Shown one piece after another: positions 1 to 9,285 of a DNA stretch of 64,000 bases (the stretch's first letter is position 1; the number at the start of each line of letters is the position of its first letter). The position numbers were made by a program, and so were the translations under genes. Under the pieces are notes generated by a model. That model saw nothing but the letters and a program-made list of their open reading frames with translations, was not told the origin of the DNA and did no database searches. The stretch is from Candidatus Omnitrophota bacterium (GTDB lineage Bacteria > Omnitrophota > Gorgyraeia > Duberdicusellales > 4484-171): the NCBI GenBank assembly GCA_016935525.1, contig JAFGQU010000007.1, forward strand, positions 9,057 through 73,056, written 5' to 3'.

Positions 1-460
1 GCGGCTTATGGCGCGGCTTATATATGAGAAGAAAGGTAAACTGAATTCGTTTCTCGATATCGGATGCGGGACCGGGATCCTTTCGATTATCGCCGGTAAA
101 CTGGGGGCCCGGAGTATCGCGGCGATCGATATCAACAGAAAAGCCGTCGCGACCGCGAAACGTAATTTTCAACTGAATAAAGTCCACCCCGGGTTGTTGA
201 AGGCAGGGGATATCCGGAATTTCGCGAAAAGAAAACGATTCGATTTTGTCGCCGCGAACATCATTACCGATGACCTTATCCGGATGAAAAAACAGATCGT
301 TTCTTTTGTCTCGCCCGGCGGGATACTCGCGGTATCCGGTATTTCCTGTATCCATCACGACCGGTTTTGTGAGGAGTTCGGTTCAAATAAACTGGTATTA
401 CTTAAAAGTATCCAGGATAAAGAATGGCTGGCGTTTCTCTATAAGAAAAAGAGGATATGA
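1..460 (+). CDS. prmA: ribosomal protein L11 methyltransferase PrmA, C-terminal part (5' end outside window)
   Basis: ORF open to window edge; SAM-MTase motif I LDIGCGTGILSI and PrmA-like C-terminus. Confidence 0.7.
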   Translation, partial: RLMARLIYEKKGKLNSFLDIGCGTGILSIIAGKLGARSIAAIDINRKAVATAKRNFQLNKVHPGLLKAGDIRNFAKRKRFDFVAANIITDDLIRMKKQIVSFVSPGGILAVSGISCIHHDRFCEEFGSNKLVLLKSIQDKEWLAFLYKKKRI

Positions 461-528
461 TATAATGTTGAGCACAAAGAGTGCATAAATGATAAACCCG
501 TCAATCGGCTTATGGTAACGATGCCCGC

Positions 529-600
529 CAGCCTGCCCCACGCTGTGCGGGGCTGACAAGCAGGCGGACGGGCTTCCCCGATAGGAATCGGGGCAGGCGT
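529..600. repeat. structured intergenic repeat family B copy 1 (CAGCCTGCCCCACGCnGTGCGGGGCTGACArGCAGGCGG plus adjacent hairpin)
   Basis: near-identical 39-nt core also at 10219-10257; nested inverted repeats CCTGCC..GGCAGG and CCCCGAT..ATCGGGG. Confidence 0.6.
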
Positions 601-697
601 GACTGATATCCGTAAGACGATATCTAAATTATGTGTATCGTGTGACTATAGAGTGTGCGGTTATTATCGGGGGATAAGATATGAGGAAAGAATTGTG

Positions 698-1462
698 ATG
701 TTTACGGCAAGTGTCCTTAGAAGTTCCGGTGACAATTATATATATGTGGTTTGTACCCAAAAGACCGCCTGCGTCATCGATCCGACCGAAAGCCAGCCGG
801 TCATAGACCTCTTAAACGAAAAGAAACTGGATCTTTCCAAGATACTTATTACCCATCACCACGCCGATCATACCGGAGGCATCCCGGAGCTGAAAGAGAA
901 ATATGATTGCGAGGTGATCTCATCCAACGAAGGGATAGAACAGACCGACCGTATCGTGGAAGATACCGATAAGATCCAGCTTGACGGGATAGAATTCCGG
1001 GTGGTCGCGACCCCCGGGCATACTAAACGGAGTATCTGTTTTTATATACCGCCGCAGGCGGAAAATTCGTTCGGGATGGTCTTTACCGGAGATACGTTAT
1101 TCATCGGCGGGTGCGGCCGGCCGATTGAATGTGATGCGGGCATCTTGTGGAGTTCATTACAAAAAATAGTCGCGTTAGGAGATACTATACTGGTATACTG
1201 CGGCCATGATTATACCGAAGAGAATTACCGGTTCGCGTTGACCGTCGATCCTTCCAACGACGCGTTTAGAAGACGGTTAGAAGAGGTCCAGGTCCTCAGC
1301 CATAAAGGGTTACCTACCGTCGGTAACCCGCTTAAGAATGAAAAACGGACGAACATCTTTTTACGGGCAAACGATCCTTATATAAAAAGATTGCTTAAGT
1401 TGGAAGGGGCCGAGGATGTTATCGTGTTTACCGAATTGAGACGAAGGAAGAATAATTTTTAG
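698..1462 (+). CDS. MBL-fold hydroxyacylglutathione hydrolase-like (glyoxalase II family)
   Basis: THHHADHTGG metal-binding motif; start moved to ATG 698 with AGGAAAG RBS because the 599 start lies inside the upstream repeat. Confidence 0.7.
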   Translation: MFTASVLRSSGDNYIYVVCTQKTACVIDPTESQPVIDLLNEKKLDLSKILITHHHADHTGGIPELKEKYDCEVISSNEGIEQTDRIVEDTDKIQLDGIEFRVVATPGHTKRSICFYIPPQAENSFGMVFTGDTLFIGGCGRPIECDAGILWSSLQKIVALGDTILVYCGHDYTEENYRFALTVDPSNDAFRRRLEEVQVLSHKGLPTVGNPLKNEKRTNIFLRANDPYIKRLLKLEGAEDVIVFTELRRRKNNF

Positions 1463-1466
1463 ACAG

Positions 1467-1541
1467 GTCACATAGACACAAAGTCACAAGGTCACACGTA
1501 AAGAAAGAATACATGTGACGTGTGTCGTGTGACATGTGACC
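1467..1541. repeat. GTCACA/TGTGAC octamer-array inverted repeat element (family A)
   Basis: 3-4 direct GTCACANN octamers, a spacer, then 4 inverted NNTGTGAC octamers; family also at 5088, 18344, 29617, 47057, 55720, 58433. Confidence 0.7.
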
Positions 1542-1554
1542 TATTTTACAAGAT

Positions 1555-2547
1555 ATGCAGATAGGTAATTTGAGACTGACTCTACCCGCTCTTTTGGCCC
1601 CGATGTCGGGGATTACCTGTCTGCCTTACCGCATGCTTAACCGCGCGTTCGGGTGCGAATGCGCGTTCCTGGAAATGATCAACGCCCGGGCGCTCCATTA
1701 TTGTACAAAACGTACTCATCAACTGATGCCCACTCAAAAAGAAGACCGGCCCCTGGGGGTACAGCTGTTAGGGTGTGAACAACGATATGTATGTTATGCG
1801 ATCGAACGGTTACGTGAATACCAGTTCGATATTCTTGATCTTAACGCGGCCTGTCCCCGCAGGAAGATCGTTACTCGTGGAGAAGGCGCGGCATTATTGA
1901 AAGATCCCCAGAGGTTACGGGATCTGCTTAAAGTGATGGTAAATACATCAACCCAGCCGGTGACGGTAAAGATCCGTATCGGTTGGGATGACGCGAAATC
2001 GGCCCGGGATATCGCATTATACGCGCAGGATTCGGGGATTGCCGCACTTTTTGTCCATGGCCGGACTTGTACCCAGAGTTATAGCGGTACGGTAGATTAT
2101 GGTGCGATACGGGAGATCAAAAAGTCTCTTCATATCCCGGTAATCGGTAGCGGCGATATATTTTCCGTACCACAGGCAAAACGGATGATGGATGAGACCG
2201 GTGTCGACGGCGTATTGGTCGCGCGCGGGGCTCTGGGGAATCCCTGGATATTCGCACAGTTACGGGCATTTTTTAAAGGTGGCCTTACCATGGGGTATCC
2301 GGAGATCACTGAAGTCGTCTGTGTCATGAAAGACCATCTGGATGCTTTTATCGCTCTTTACGGTGAACGCCGCGGGATATTGAAATACCGTAAATTTCTT
2401 ATATGGTATACCCGGGGATTTTCCCGGGTAAAACAGATACGGCATCGGGCGCAACAGGTCAAGACCCAGGATGAAACCGTAGCGCTTATCGAAGAGTTCA
2501 AAGGATGCGCCCGGCGTTACCCGTCATGCGTAACGCGTCCTGCGTAA
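1555..2547 (+). CDS. dus: tRNA-dihydrouridine synthase
   Basis: LAPMSGIT...DLNAACP...VKIRIGW...GNPWIF Dus-family motifs. Confidence 0.8.
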   Translation: MQIGNLRLTLPALLAPMSGITCLPYRMLNRAFGCECAFLEMINARALHYCTKRTHQLMPTQKEDRPLGVQLLGCEQRYVCYAIERLREYQFDILDLNAACPRRKIVTRGEGAALLKDPQRLRDLLKVMVNTSTQPVTVKIRIGWDDAKSARDIALYAQDSGIAALFVHGRTCTQSYSGTVDYGAIREIKKSLHIPVIGSGDIFSVPQAKRMMDETGVDGVLVARGALGNPWIFAQLRAFFKGGLTMGYPEITEVVCVMKDHLDAFIALYGERRGILKYRKFLIWYTRGFSRVKQIRHRAQQVKTQDETVALIEEFKGCARRYPSCVTRPA

Positions 2548-2574
2548 CGCGCGAACAGATTGGGAAAAAAAGAT

Positions 2575-2603
2575 TGACATATCGGGTAAAGAACGCACAA
2601 TAA
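2575..2603 (+). promoter_or_regulatory. candidate sigma70-like promoter (TTGACA-N17-ACAATA) upstream of small peptide ORF
   Basis: TTGACA at 2575 with a -10-like AT-rich hexamer at about 17 nt spacing; weak -10. Confidence 0.3.
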
Positions 2604-2622
2604 TACTATAAGGAGAAAGGCT

Positions 2623-2706
2623 ATGAAAGCAAAAAAGATCAACAAATCCACTAGATCCAAGAAAAAACTTTCCCGGTATTGCCGTTCGGGAAGAGTTCTT
2701 TGGTAA
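2623..2706 (+). CDS. 27-aa cationic peptide MKAKKINKSTRSKKKLSRYCRSGRVLW (candidate precursor/leader peptide)
   Basis: AGGAG RBS 7 nt upstream of ATG; followed by an 8-bp hairpin (GCGTATACT..AGTATACG) and then the rSAM-SPASM gene; too short for the ORF track. Confidence 0.4.
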   Translation: MKAKKINKSTRSKKKLSRYCRSGRVLW

Positions 2707-2793
2707 CCCGATTTCAGGTTACCCGCGTATACTTTATTTTTAAGTGAGTATACGTATATTTTCTCAAATTTCGAAATATCCGCTTCAAGTCCG

Positions 2794-4314
2794 ATGAATC
2801 CGCAGATAAACCTTACAGAAAAGGCTGTTCTTCCCGTATATCTTTTTACCCGGTTGGGAAAGTATATCGGTATTTCCACGTCTACCGGAGATTTTTACGA
2901 TCTTACTCCGCAGACCTACGCGGCATTGATGAAATGGAACGAAAAAATAAATTTAAAAGGTCCGGCCGTCACCGCCGATGACATTTCCGAATATGCGCGG
3001 GAATATTCTCTTCCCGAAGATATCTATCGGTTATTTCCCTTACCGCGAAAACAGCGGGCTTTTGAAGATCGCAATGCCCTTTCGGCGATCAGTGATATTA
3101 CTCTCAACTTGACTTCACAATGTTCTTTGCGGTGTGTGTATTGTTGGAACGATCAGGGTAAATATTCCAATACCGAGTTCCAACCCGATAGCGATACCCT
3201 GAAAAAACAGGAAGAGGTGAGTTCGGATATGTCGATAGAAACTGCCTGTCGTTCAGTAGATATGTTAGTAAAGTTATGTAAGGAGGATAAACAGCTGGTA
3301 GTCGATTTTTACGGCGGCGAACCGCTTGAGAATGTAGAGACTTTGGAAGCTACGGTCGATTATTGTCGCGAGAACGAAAAAAAATGGGGGGTGCGGTTTC
3401 ATTTCCTTCTTGCGACCAACGGCACTCTGCTGACGCCTTCGCTTGCAAAAAATCTTATTGATAAAGGAGTGCAGATCGCGGTAAGTGTCGATGGGCCGAA
3501 AGCAGTCCATGATAATAACCGTCCCTATGCCGATGGACGGGGCAGTTTTGAGAAGATCGCCGAGAATCTTAAAGGGATGGACGAGAACGTCAAAAAACGC
3601 CTGGTCGGCAGGACCACGGTCACGCCTTTTTTCAGTGATATGGTCGCTCTTTATAAAAATCTGCGTGATCTGGGATTTGAACGTATTGAGCTTTTTGAAA
3701 GTGAAGACGCCTGTCATAAGATCACTCCGCAAAGAGAGGCGATGTTTTTTAATACCGACAGCCAGTATGAGACGTTATTTAAAGAATACGAACGGTTAGC
3801 GTATCTGTATGTTGACGAGATCGTAAGCGGCCAGCTGGATTACCGTAAAACTTTTTTCAACCGTTTTTTTAAATTAATGCAACGACTTTATTATAACCAT
3901 GAAGTGAGCGGGGGGTGTCCTGCGGCAAAAGGGCAGATAGCCGTTTCCGGTGACGGGAACATCTATCCTTGTACTTCGTTTTTGGGGATCGAACAGTTCT
4001 GTCTGGGAAATGTCCATACCGGTCTCGATGAGCAGAAATACCGGCGGTTCATTGAGATGATAAATAACCGTTTCGATATGTGCAGTACGTGTGAAATATT
4101 CAGCGTGTGCCGGACCACCGGTTCCTGCCTGAACATGAATTACTATTTTAACGGCGATCCCGCCCGGTCTCATGAGCGCAGTTGCGATCTTTTCGCCGAA
4201 AAGCTCAAATTGGCAATAGCGACTCTGGCGATACTTTCCGATAAGATCCCCGATAAGCTTGACGAACTTTTCGGCCATGATCCGGTCGGCCGCCGGGGGA
4301 ACGAACTCTATTGA
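2794..4314 (+). CDS. radical SAM enzyme with C-terminal SPASM twin-cluster domain (peptide-modifying maturase family)
   Basis: CSLRCVYCW (CxxxCxxC) at about residue 110; C-terminal CPAAKG..C and CSTCEIFSVCRTTGSC Cys clusters; about 100 aa N-terminal extension before the rSAM core. Confidence 0.85.
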   Translation: MNPQINLTEKAVLPVYLFTRLGKYIGISTSTGDFYDLTPQTYAALMKWNEKINLKGPAVTADDISEYAREYSLPEDIYRLFPLPRKQRAFEDRNALSAISDITLNLTSQCSLRCVYCWNDQGKYSNTEFQPDSDTLKKQEEVSSDMSIETACRSVDMLVKLCKEDKQLVVDFYGGEPLENVETLEATVDYCRENEKKWGVRFHFLLATNGTLLTPSLAKNLIDKGVQIAVSVDGPKAVHDNNRPYADGRGSFEKIAENLKGMDENVKKRLVGRTTVTPFFSDMVALYKNLRDLGFERIELFESEDACHKITPQREAMFFNTDSQYETLFKEYERLAYLYVDEIVSGQLDYRKTFFNRFFKLMQRLYYNHEVSGGCPAAKGQIAVSGDGNIYPCTSFLGIEQFCLGNVHTGLDEQKYRRFIEMINNRFDMCSTCEIFSVCRTTGSCLNMNYYFNGDPARSHERSCDLFAEKLKLAIATLAILSDKIPDKLDELFGHDPVGRRGNELY

Positions 4315-4448
4315 TTCTGCCTCTTCGATGTGATTCCTGCCTTTTTCTGTGATATAATACTCCAACAACGGTTTGCGCGTTCGCCCGTACTCGCGTTTCC
4401 CGCCATAGGCGGGATTCCCGTTAGAAAAGAACGGGTACACGGGCCAAC

Positions 4449-5087
4449 TTGATAATTCATACGATGATACATGTCGAGTTTTTTGATTTAATAACTATTG
4501 AAATCCCTTATCCGAAAGTATATTCCCGTCTGGGATACGCCAAAGGTACGACTACGCTTACTTCCCGGCAAAAAGCCGATATCGAAAAGAATATAGATGA
4601 AGCGTCCGGCTATATTACGTTGAAAGGGGCCGGATGCCGTCTGGCGATCGAGCGAAAAGAAGAACACAAGGTCGTCCTTTCCGGGGCGATTGAATTTAAC
4701 AGCCAGGCTATCAGCCGGTTTTTACATGATTCTCAGGAAGTGTTGTTTATGGGGGCGACGGCCGGAGCTGATATTATAAATAAAATCAAAGAACAGGCGG
4801 CTCATGATAATGTGACTGCGGCGGTCGTGTTTGATGCTCTGGCAAGCGAGATGGTCGATGAAGCGCTTTCCTGGATCATGGAGTTTTTTGATTACCAGGT
4901 ACGCCGGGAAAACAAACAACTTACCCCTGGCCGCTACTCAGCCGGTTACAATGATTTTTCACTGGACAATCAAAAAATTATGTGTGAAACTTTACAGATG
5001 AGTGAGTTAGGCGTGAAATTGAACGACCATTATATCCTTATTCCGGAAAAATCGGTGACGGCGATTGCGGGAATACAACCAATATAA
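4449..5087 (+). CDS. standalone methionine synthase activation (AdoMet-binding) domain protein
   Basis: TPGRYSAGYNDF...LTE..LIPEKSVTAIAGI resembles the MetH C-terminal reactivation domain; immediately upstream of metH. Confidence 0.65.
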   Translation: MIIHTMIHVEFFDLITIEIPYPKVYSRLGYAKGTTTLTSRQKADIEKNIDEASGYITLKGAGCRLAIERKEEHKVVLSGAIEFNSQAISRFLHDSQEVLFMGATAGADIINKIKEQAAHDNVTAAVVFDALASEMVDEALSWIMEFFDYQVRRENKQLTPGRYSAGYNDFSLDNQKIMCETLQMSELGVKLNDHYILIPEKSVTAIAGIQPI

Positions 5088-5182
5088 GTCACATAGACAC
5101 ACGTCACACGACACACGTTTTTTTCTTTCACTTGTGACTATGTGACTTTGTGACCAGCTTGTCGATAGACAAGCGTGTGACC
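5088..5182. repeat. family A GTCACA/TGTGAC element
   Basis: octamer arrays plus central palindrome CTTGTCGATAGACAAG. Confidence 0.7.
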
Positions 5183-5189
5183 TTTTGAT

Positions 5190-7592
5190 ATGAAGTTAAC
5201 ATCGTTATTGAACACACGTATCGTTATCCTCGACGGCGCGACCGGAACAGAACTCCAGAAGTCGGGTATGCCTCAAGGGGTGGCTCCCGAGAAGTGGGTA
5301 TTAGAAAATCCCCGGATCCTTACCCGGGTGGCCTGCGACTACCGTGATGCCGGTAGTGACATCGTCTATACCTGCACGTTCGGTGCGAACCGTTATAAAC
5401 TCGCCCAGTATAAGATCAGTGATGTGCAAAAGATCAATACCCGGATCGCCCGGATCACCCGCCGGGCTTTAGGAAAAAACACCCTTATTGCCGGGGATAT
5501 CGGCCCGACCGGTAAATTTATCGAACCGTTTGGTCCGGTTCCTTTTGATGAAGCGGTTGCCGCCTTTAAAGAACAGATAAAAGGGCTGGTTGCCGGCGGA
5601 GTAGATCTTTTGGTGATCGAGACCATGATGGATATTCAGGAAGCCCGCGCCGCTCTGATTGCGGCAAGAGAAGTAACCAATATGTTCACCATGGTTACGA
5701 TGACCTATGAACGTGACGGCCGTACGCTCAACGGGACCGATCCGGTTACGGCCCTGGTGACCTTGCAGAGTCTGGGGGCACATGCCGTAGGCTGTAATTG
5801 TTCTACGGGGCCCGGTGATATGGTGCGGTTTATCGCACAGATGAAACCGTACGCGCGCGTACCGCTTCTTGCCAAACCGAACGCGGGAATGCCGCGCCTG
5901 CAAAAAGGAAAAACTGTCTTTGACATGAGCCCGAAAGAATTTTCCGGTTATGCCGGTGAATTTGCAAAGGCCGGTATAAACTTGATGGGAGGATGTTGCG
6001 GGACTTCTCCGGAATATATCCGGGAACTGAAAAAGCAGTTACGTAACAAAAAACCGCAAACCCCGCGCCGGTTTTTTTTAAGCGCATTAAGTTCTTCACG
6101 GACGCACGTGATCATTGAAAAAGATTCCCCGTTGATCATCATCGGTGAATGTATTAATCCTACCGGTAAGAAGTCATTACAGAAAGAGTTACGTGAAAAA
6201 AAGACGGCTCTCCTGCGTCAGTTAGCATCGGAGCAGGTCCGCCACGGCGCGGACATGCTGGATGTAAACGTCGGCGCCTCCGGTGTCGATGAGGCCGAGA
6301 TGTTAAAAGAAGCGATAAAGGTCCTTGCGGTAAATACTACCGTACCGCTTGTCATCGATTCTTCGGATATCCGGGCAATAGCGGATGCTCTTAAACTTTA
6401 TCCGGGCCGGGCGCTTGTAAATTCGATTTCGGGAGAAAAAGCGAAACTGAAAAAGATGTTGCCGCTCATCAAAAAATACGGAGCGATGGCTATCGTTTTG
6501 CCGCTTACCGATAAAGGGGTCCCTCATACTTGTCTTAAACGTAAAAAGGCCGTCAATGAGATCTACCGGAAGGTGAAAAGAGCCGGCCTAGCTAAAGAAG
6601 ATATTGTCGTTGATGCCCTGGCTTTGACCGTATCTTCGGACCGGCAGGCGCCCGGGGAGACGCTTAACACGATCCGATGGTGTCATGATGAATTTGATGC
6701 CGCGACAGTCGTTGGCCTTTCTAATATTTCTTTCGGATTACCGAGAAGGTCTCAACTGAATTCGGCGTTTTTGGCAATGGCTTCTTCCTGCGGGTTGACT
6801 ATGGCGATAGCCAATCCTTTATCGGAAGGGCTGATGCACATGCGGCACTCATCGGATGTGCTTACCGGTAAAGATGATAAAGCCGTCCGGTTTATCCGGT
6901 ATGTTCAGGAGGAATCCGGGGGTACCTCCAGTAAATCTGCTGCGTTACCGGCGAGTCCCCAGGAACGGGTCTATACGGCGATCCTTGAAGGGAACCGCCA
7001 GGAGATAGAGCAGTATATCGGTGAGGCGCTTAAGGGCGGGATTGATGCCGAAAAAATCATGCAAGAGGGGATGGTCACCGCGATCAATACTGTGGGAGAA
7101 TTGTTTGATAAAAAAGAATATTTTCTCCCTCAACTTATTGCTTCGGCAGAAACGATGAAACAGGGGTTCGAGTTTTTGAAACCGCATTTAAAAAATACTC
7201 AAGGCCATCGCGAAAAGAGAAACGTGATCATGCTGGCAACGGTAAAAGGCGATATCCATGATATAGGTAAGAATATCGTCGCGCTTATGCTTGAGAATCA
7301 CGGGTTTCATGTCATAGATCTAGGAAAAGATGTTTCGGTCGAGAAGATCATCAATGAGATCAAAAAACATAAATCGCCGCTTATCGGGCTTTCGGCATTG
7401 ATGACGACGACTATGGTGAATATGCAGGATGTGGTCGATGCCGTACGGAAAGAAAGCTTAGATTGCCGGTTCATTGTAGGGGGGGCCGTGATTACCAAAT
7501 CGTTCGCCCATTCCCTTGGTGCTGAATATGCTGCCGACGGGGTGGCCGCGGTCAGGGTAGCTAAGAGTTTAAGTGCCAGAAAAACAGAATAA
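5190..7592 (+). CDS. metH: B12-dependent methionine synthase (Hcy-binding, pterin-binding and B12-binding domains; no activation domain)
   Basis: N-terminal homocysteine S-methyltransferase domain, pterin-binding region, B12 motif DIHDIGKNIV. Confidence 0.9.
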   Translation: MKLTSLLNTRIVILDGATGTELQKSGMPQGVAPEKWVLENPRILTRVACDYRDAGSDIVYTCTFGANRYKLAQYKISDVQKINTRIARITRRALGKNTLIAGDIGPTGKFIEPFGPVPFDEAVAAFKEQIKGLVAGGVDLLVIETMMDIQEARAALIAAREVTNMFTMVTMTYERDGRTLNGTDPVTALVTLQSLGAHAVGCNCSTGPGDMVRFIAQMKPYARVPLLAKPNAGMPRLQKGKTVFDMSPKEFSGYAGEFAKAGINLMGGCCGTSPEYIRELKKQLRNKKPQTPRRFFLSALSSSRTHVIIEKDSPLIIIGECINPTGKKSLQKELREKKTALLRQLASEQVRHGADMLDVNVGASGVDEAEMLKEAIKVLAVNTTVPLVIDSSDIRAIADALKLYPGRALVNSISGEKAKLKKMLPLIKKYGAMAIVLPLTDKGVPHTCLKRKKAVNEIYRKVKRAGLAKEDIVVDALALTVSSDRQAPGETLNTIRWCHDEFDAATVVGLSNISFGLPRRSQLNSAFLAMASSCGLTMAIANPLSEGLMHMRHSSDVLTGKDDKAVRFIRYVQEESGGTSSKSAALPASPQERVYTAILEGNRQEIEQYIGEALKGGIDAEKIMQEGMVTAINTVGELFDKKEYFLPQLIASAETMKQGFEFLKPHLKNTQGHREKRNVIMLATVKGDIHDIGKNIVALMLENHGFHVIDLGKDVSVEKIINEIKKHKSPLIGLSALMTTTMVNMQDVVDAVRKESLDCRFIVGGAVITKSFAHSLGAEYAADGVAAVRVAKSLSARKTE

Positions 7593-8007
7593 AGGTGGGA
7601 TCGTGAGTAAAAAGATATTAGTCGTTGAAGATGAAGACAGTATCCGTAACGTACTTGAGGTAAGATTGAAAAATTGCGGATTTGAAGTGGTGACTGCGGC
7701 TGACGGAGAAGACGGGTTGAATAAAGCCCGGGCCGAAAAACCGGACCTGATGATCCTTGATCTGGGGCTGCCTAAATTGCCGGGTGAAGAGGTCTGCCGC
7801 CAGTTACGTAATGAAGAAAATAATGTACCGATCATCATGCTTACCGCTAAGACCGAAGATGTCGACCGGGTAGTCGGTAAGGTCCTGGGGGCAAACTATT
7901 ATATGACAAAACCTTTTGAATGGACCGAACTTCTAAAGAAAATATATAAATATTTGGATATGGAAGAACAAGCTGAATCCGGCCCGGCACCTTCACCAGA
8001 GGCTTAA
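7573..8007 (+). CDS. single-domain response regulator (CheY-like receiver)
   Basis: LVVEDEDS...MILDLGLP...TAKTE...KPF receiver motifs. Confidence 0.8.
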   Translation: MPEKQNKGGIVSKKILVVEDEDSIRNVLEVRLKNCGFEVVTAADGEDGLNKARAEKPDLMILDLGLPKLPGEEVCRQLRNEENNVPIIMLTAKTEDVDRVVGKVLGANYYMTKPFEWTELLKKIYKYLDMEEQAESGPAPSPEA

Positions 8008-8012
8008 TCTTT

Positions 8013-9263
8013 ATGAATATGTATCTGGTCGTTATACTTAGTATTCTCATTGTGCATTATGGTCTTGATCTGATCGTCGAGATTTTAAATGTCCGGCATG
8101 TTTGTCTGGATGTCCCCCAGGAATTCAGAGGGTATTATGATGATGAGAAATATCGTCGTTCTCAGAAGTATCTGAAAGATCGTACGGTATTTTCCTTAGT
8201 GAGCAGCGGATTTTTTCTGGCGGTGACCATAGCGTTTATTCTTACAGGAGGATTTAACTGGATTGATCAGTGGGCCCGCGGTTTCGGACAGGGATCGATT
8301 GTGACTGGGCTTATTTTTGCCGCTGCTCTCTTTTTAGGGTTACGTATCCTTCATATTCCGTTTTCTCTCTACAGTACGTTTGTCATTGAAGAAAAATACG
8401 GGTTCAACCGTACGACAGCGAAAACTTTCGTGACCGATTTCATTAAAGATATCCTGCTTACCGCGGTTTTTGGTTCAGCGGTATTCATCGCAGTCGTCTG
8501 GTTCTTTGAAAGCACCGGACGGTGGGGCTGGCTTTATTGCTGGGGGTTTCTGGTCTTGTATGAGTTGTTTTACTATTTTATTTATCCGGTAGCGATATTA
8601 CCTTTATTTAACAAATTCATTCCGCTGGAAGAAGGAGAATTAAAGACTCAGATCGAAGAATACGCTCGTGACCAGCGGTTCGCTTTAGCCGGTATTTTTA
8701 CCATGGATGGGTCGCGCCGTTCGGCAAAAAGCAACGCGTTTTTCACGGGTTTTGGAAAATTCCGACGCATCGCTTTATTCGATACCCTGATCAAACAGCA
8801 TACGACTGAAGAACTTGTCTCGGTGTTAGCCCATGAGATCGGACATTACAAGAAAAAGCATATTTTAAAACACATCGGGCTATCGATTCTTTCGATGGGA
8901 TTGATGCTTTATGTCTTGTCTTTTTTGATAAATAATCCCGGACTTTTTTCCGCTTTCGCTATGGAACAATTTTCGGTGTATGCCAGTTTGTTTTTCTTCG
9001 GATTTTTGTATGCTCCGATCAGTTTTGTCCTGGGGATTATGACGATGGCGATTTCCCGGCGTCACGAATACCAGGCTGACCGATTCGCCGTGATGACCTA
9101 CAAAAAACCTCAGGCGATGATCGATGCGCTAAAAAAACTCACGGTCGATAACCTTTCGAACCTTACTCCGCATCCGGCGAAAGTATTTTTGGAATACAGC
9201 CATCCGCCGGTGCTGAAGAGGATAGAAGCAATAAAAAATATAAATATAGGAGAAATACAGTAG
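8013..9263 (+). CDS. M48 family (Ste24/HtpX-like) zinc metalloprotease, membrane
   Basis: multiple N-terminal TM segments, HEIGHYKKKH zinc motif, downstream EYQADRFA. Confidence 0.8.
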   Translation: MNMYLVVILSILIVHYGLDLIVEILNVRHVCLDVPQEFRGYYDDEKYRRSQKYLKDRTVFSLVSSGFFLAVTIAFILTGGFNWIDQWARGFGQGSIVTGLIFAAALFLGLRILHIPFSLYSTFVIEEKYGFNRTTAKTFVTDFIKDILLTAVFGSAVFIAVVWFFESTGRWGWLYCWGFLVLYELFYYFIYPVAILPLFNKFIPLEEGELKTQIEEYARDQRFALAGIFTMDGSRRSAKSNAFFTGFGKFRRIALFDTLIKQHTTEELVSVLAHEIGHYKKKHILKHIGLSILSMGLMLYVLSFLINNPGLFSAFAMEQFSVYASLFFFGFLYAPISFVLGIMTMAISRRHEYQADRFAVMTYKKPQAMIDALKKLTVDNLSNLTPHPAKVFLEYSHPPVLKRIEAIKNINIGEIQ

Positions 9264-9285
9264 AAATATGCTCAACTTCGTTTTC

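Noticed and set aside
599-697. Upstream extension of the glyoxalase II-like ORF (track start 599)
   Set aside because: The first 33 codons read through the family B repeat/hairpin and give a non-homologous, Cys/Arg-rich peptide. ATG 698 has an RBS and gives a normal MBL N-terminus.
2623-2706. Small basic peptide considered as a ribosomal protein L34/L36-like gene
   Set aside because: It shares basic composition and a GR.VL-like segment with L34 but is too short and lacks the conserved L34 C-terminus. rpmH normally lies by rnpA/dnaA, which is not the context here.
3874-4440. 188-aa minus-strand ORF overlapping the 3' third of the rSAM-SPASM gene
   Set aside because: Antisense to a well-supported gene for about 440 bp, with no RBS and a low-complexity product. 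Treated as spurious.
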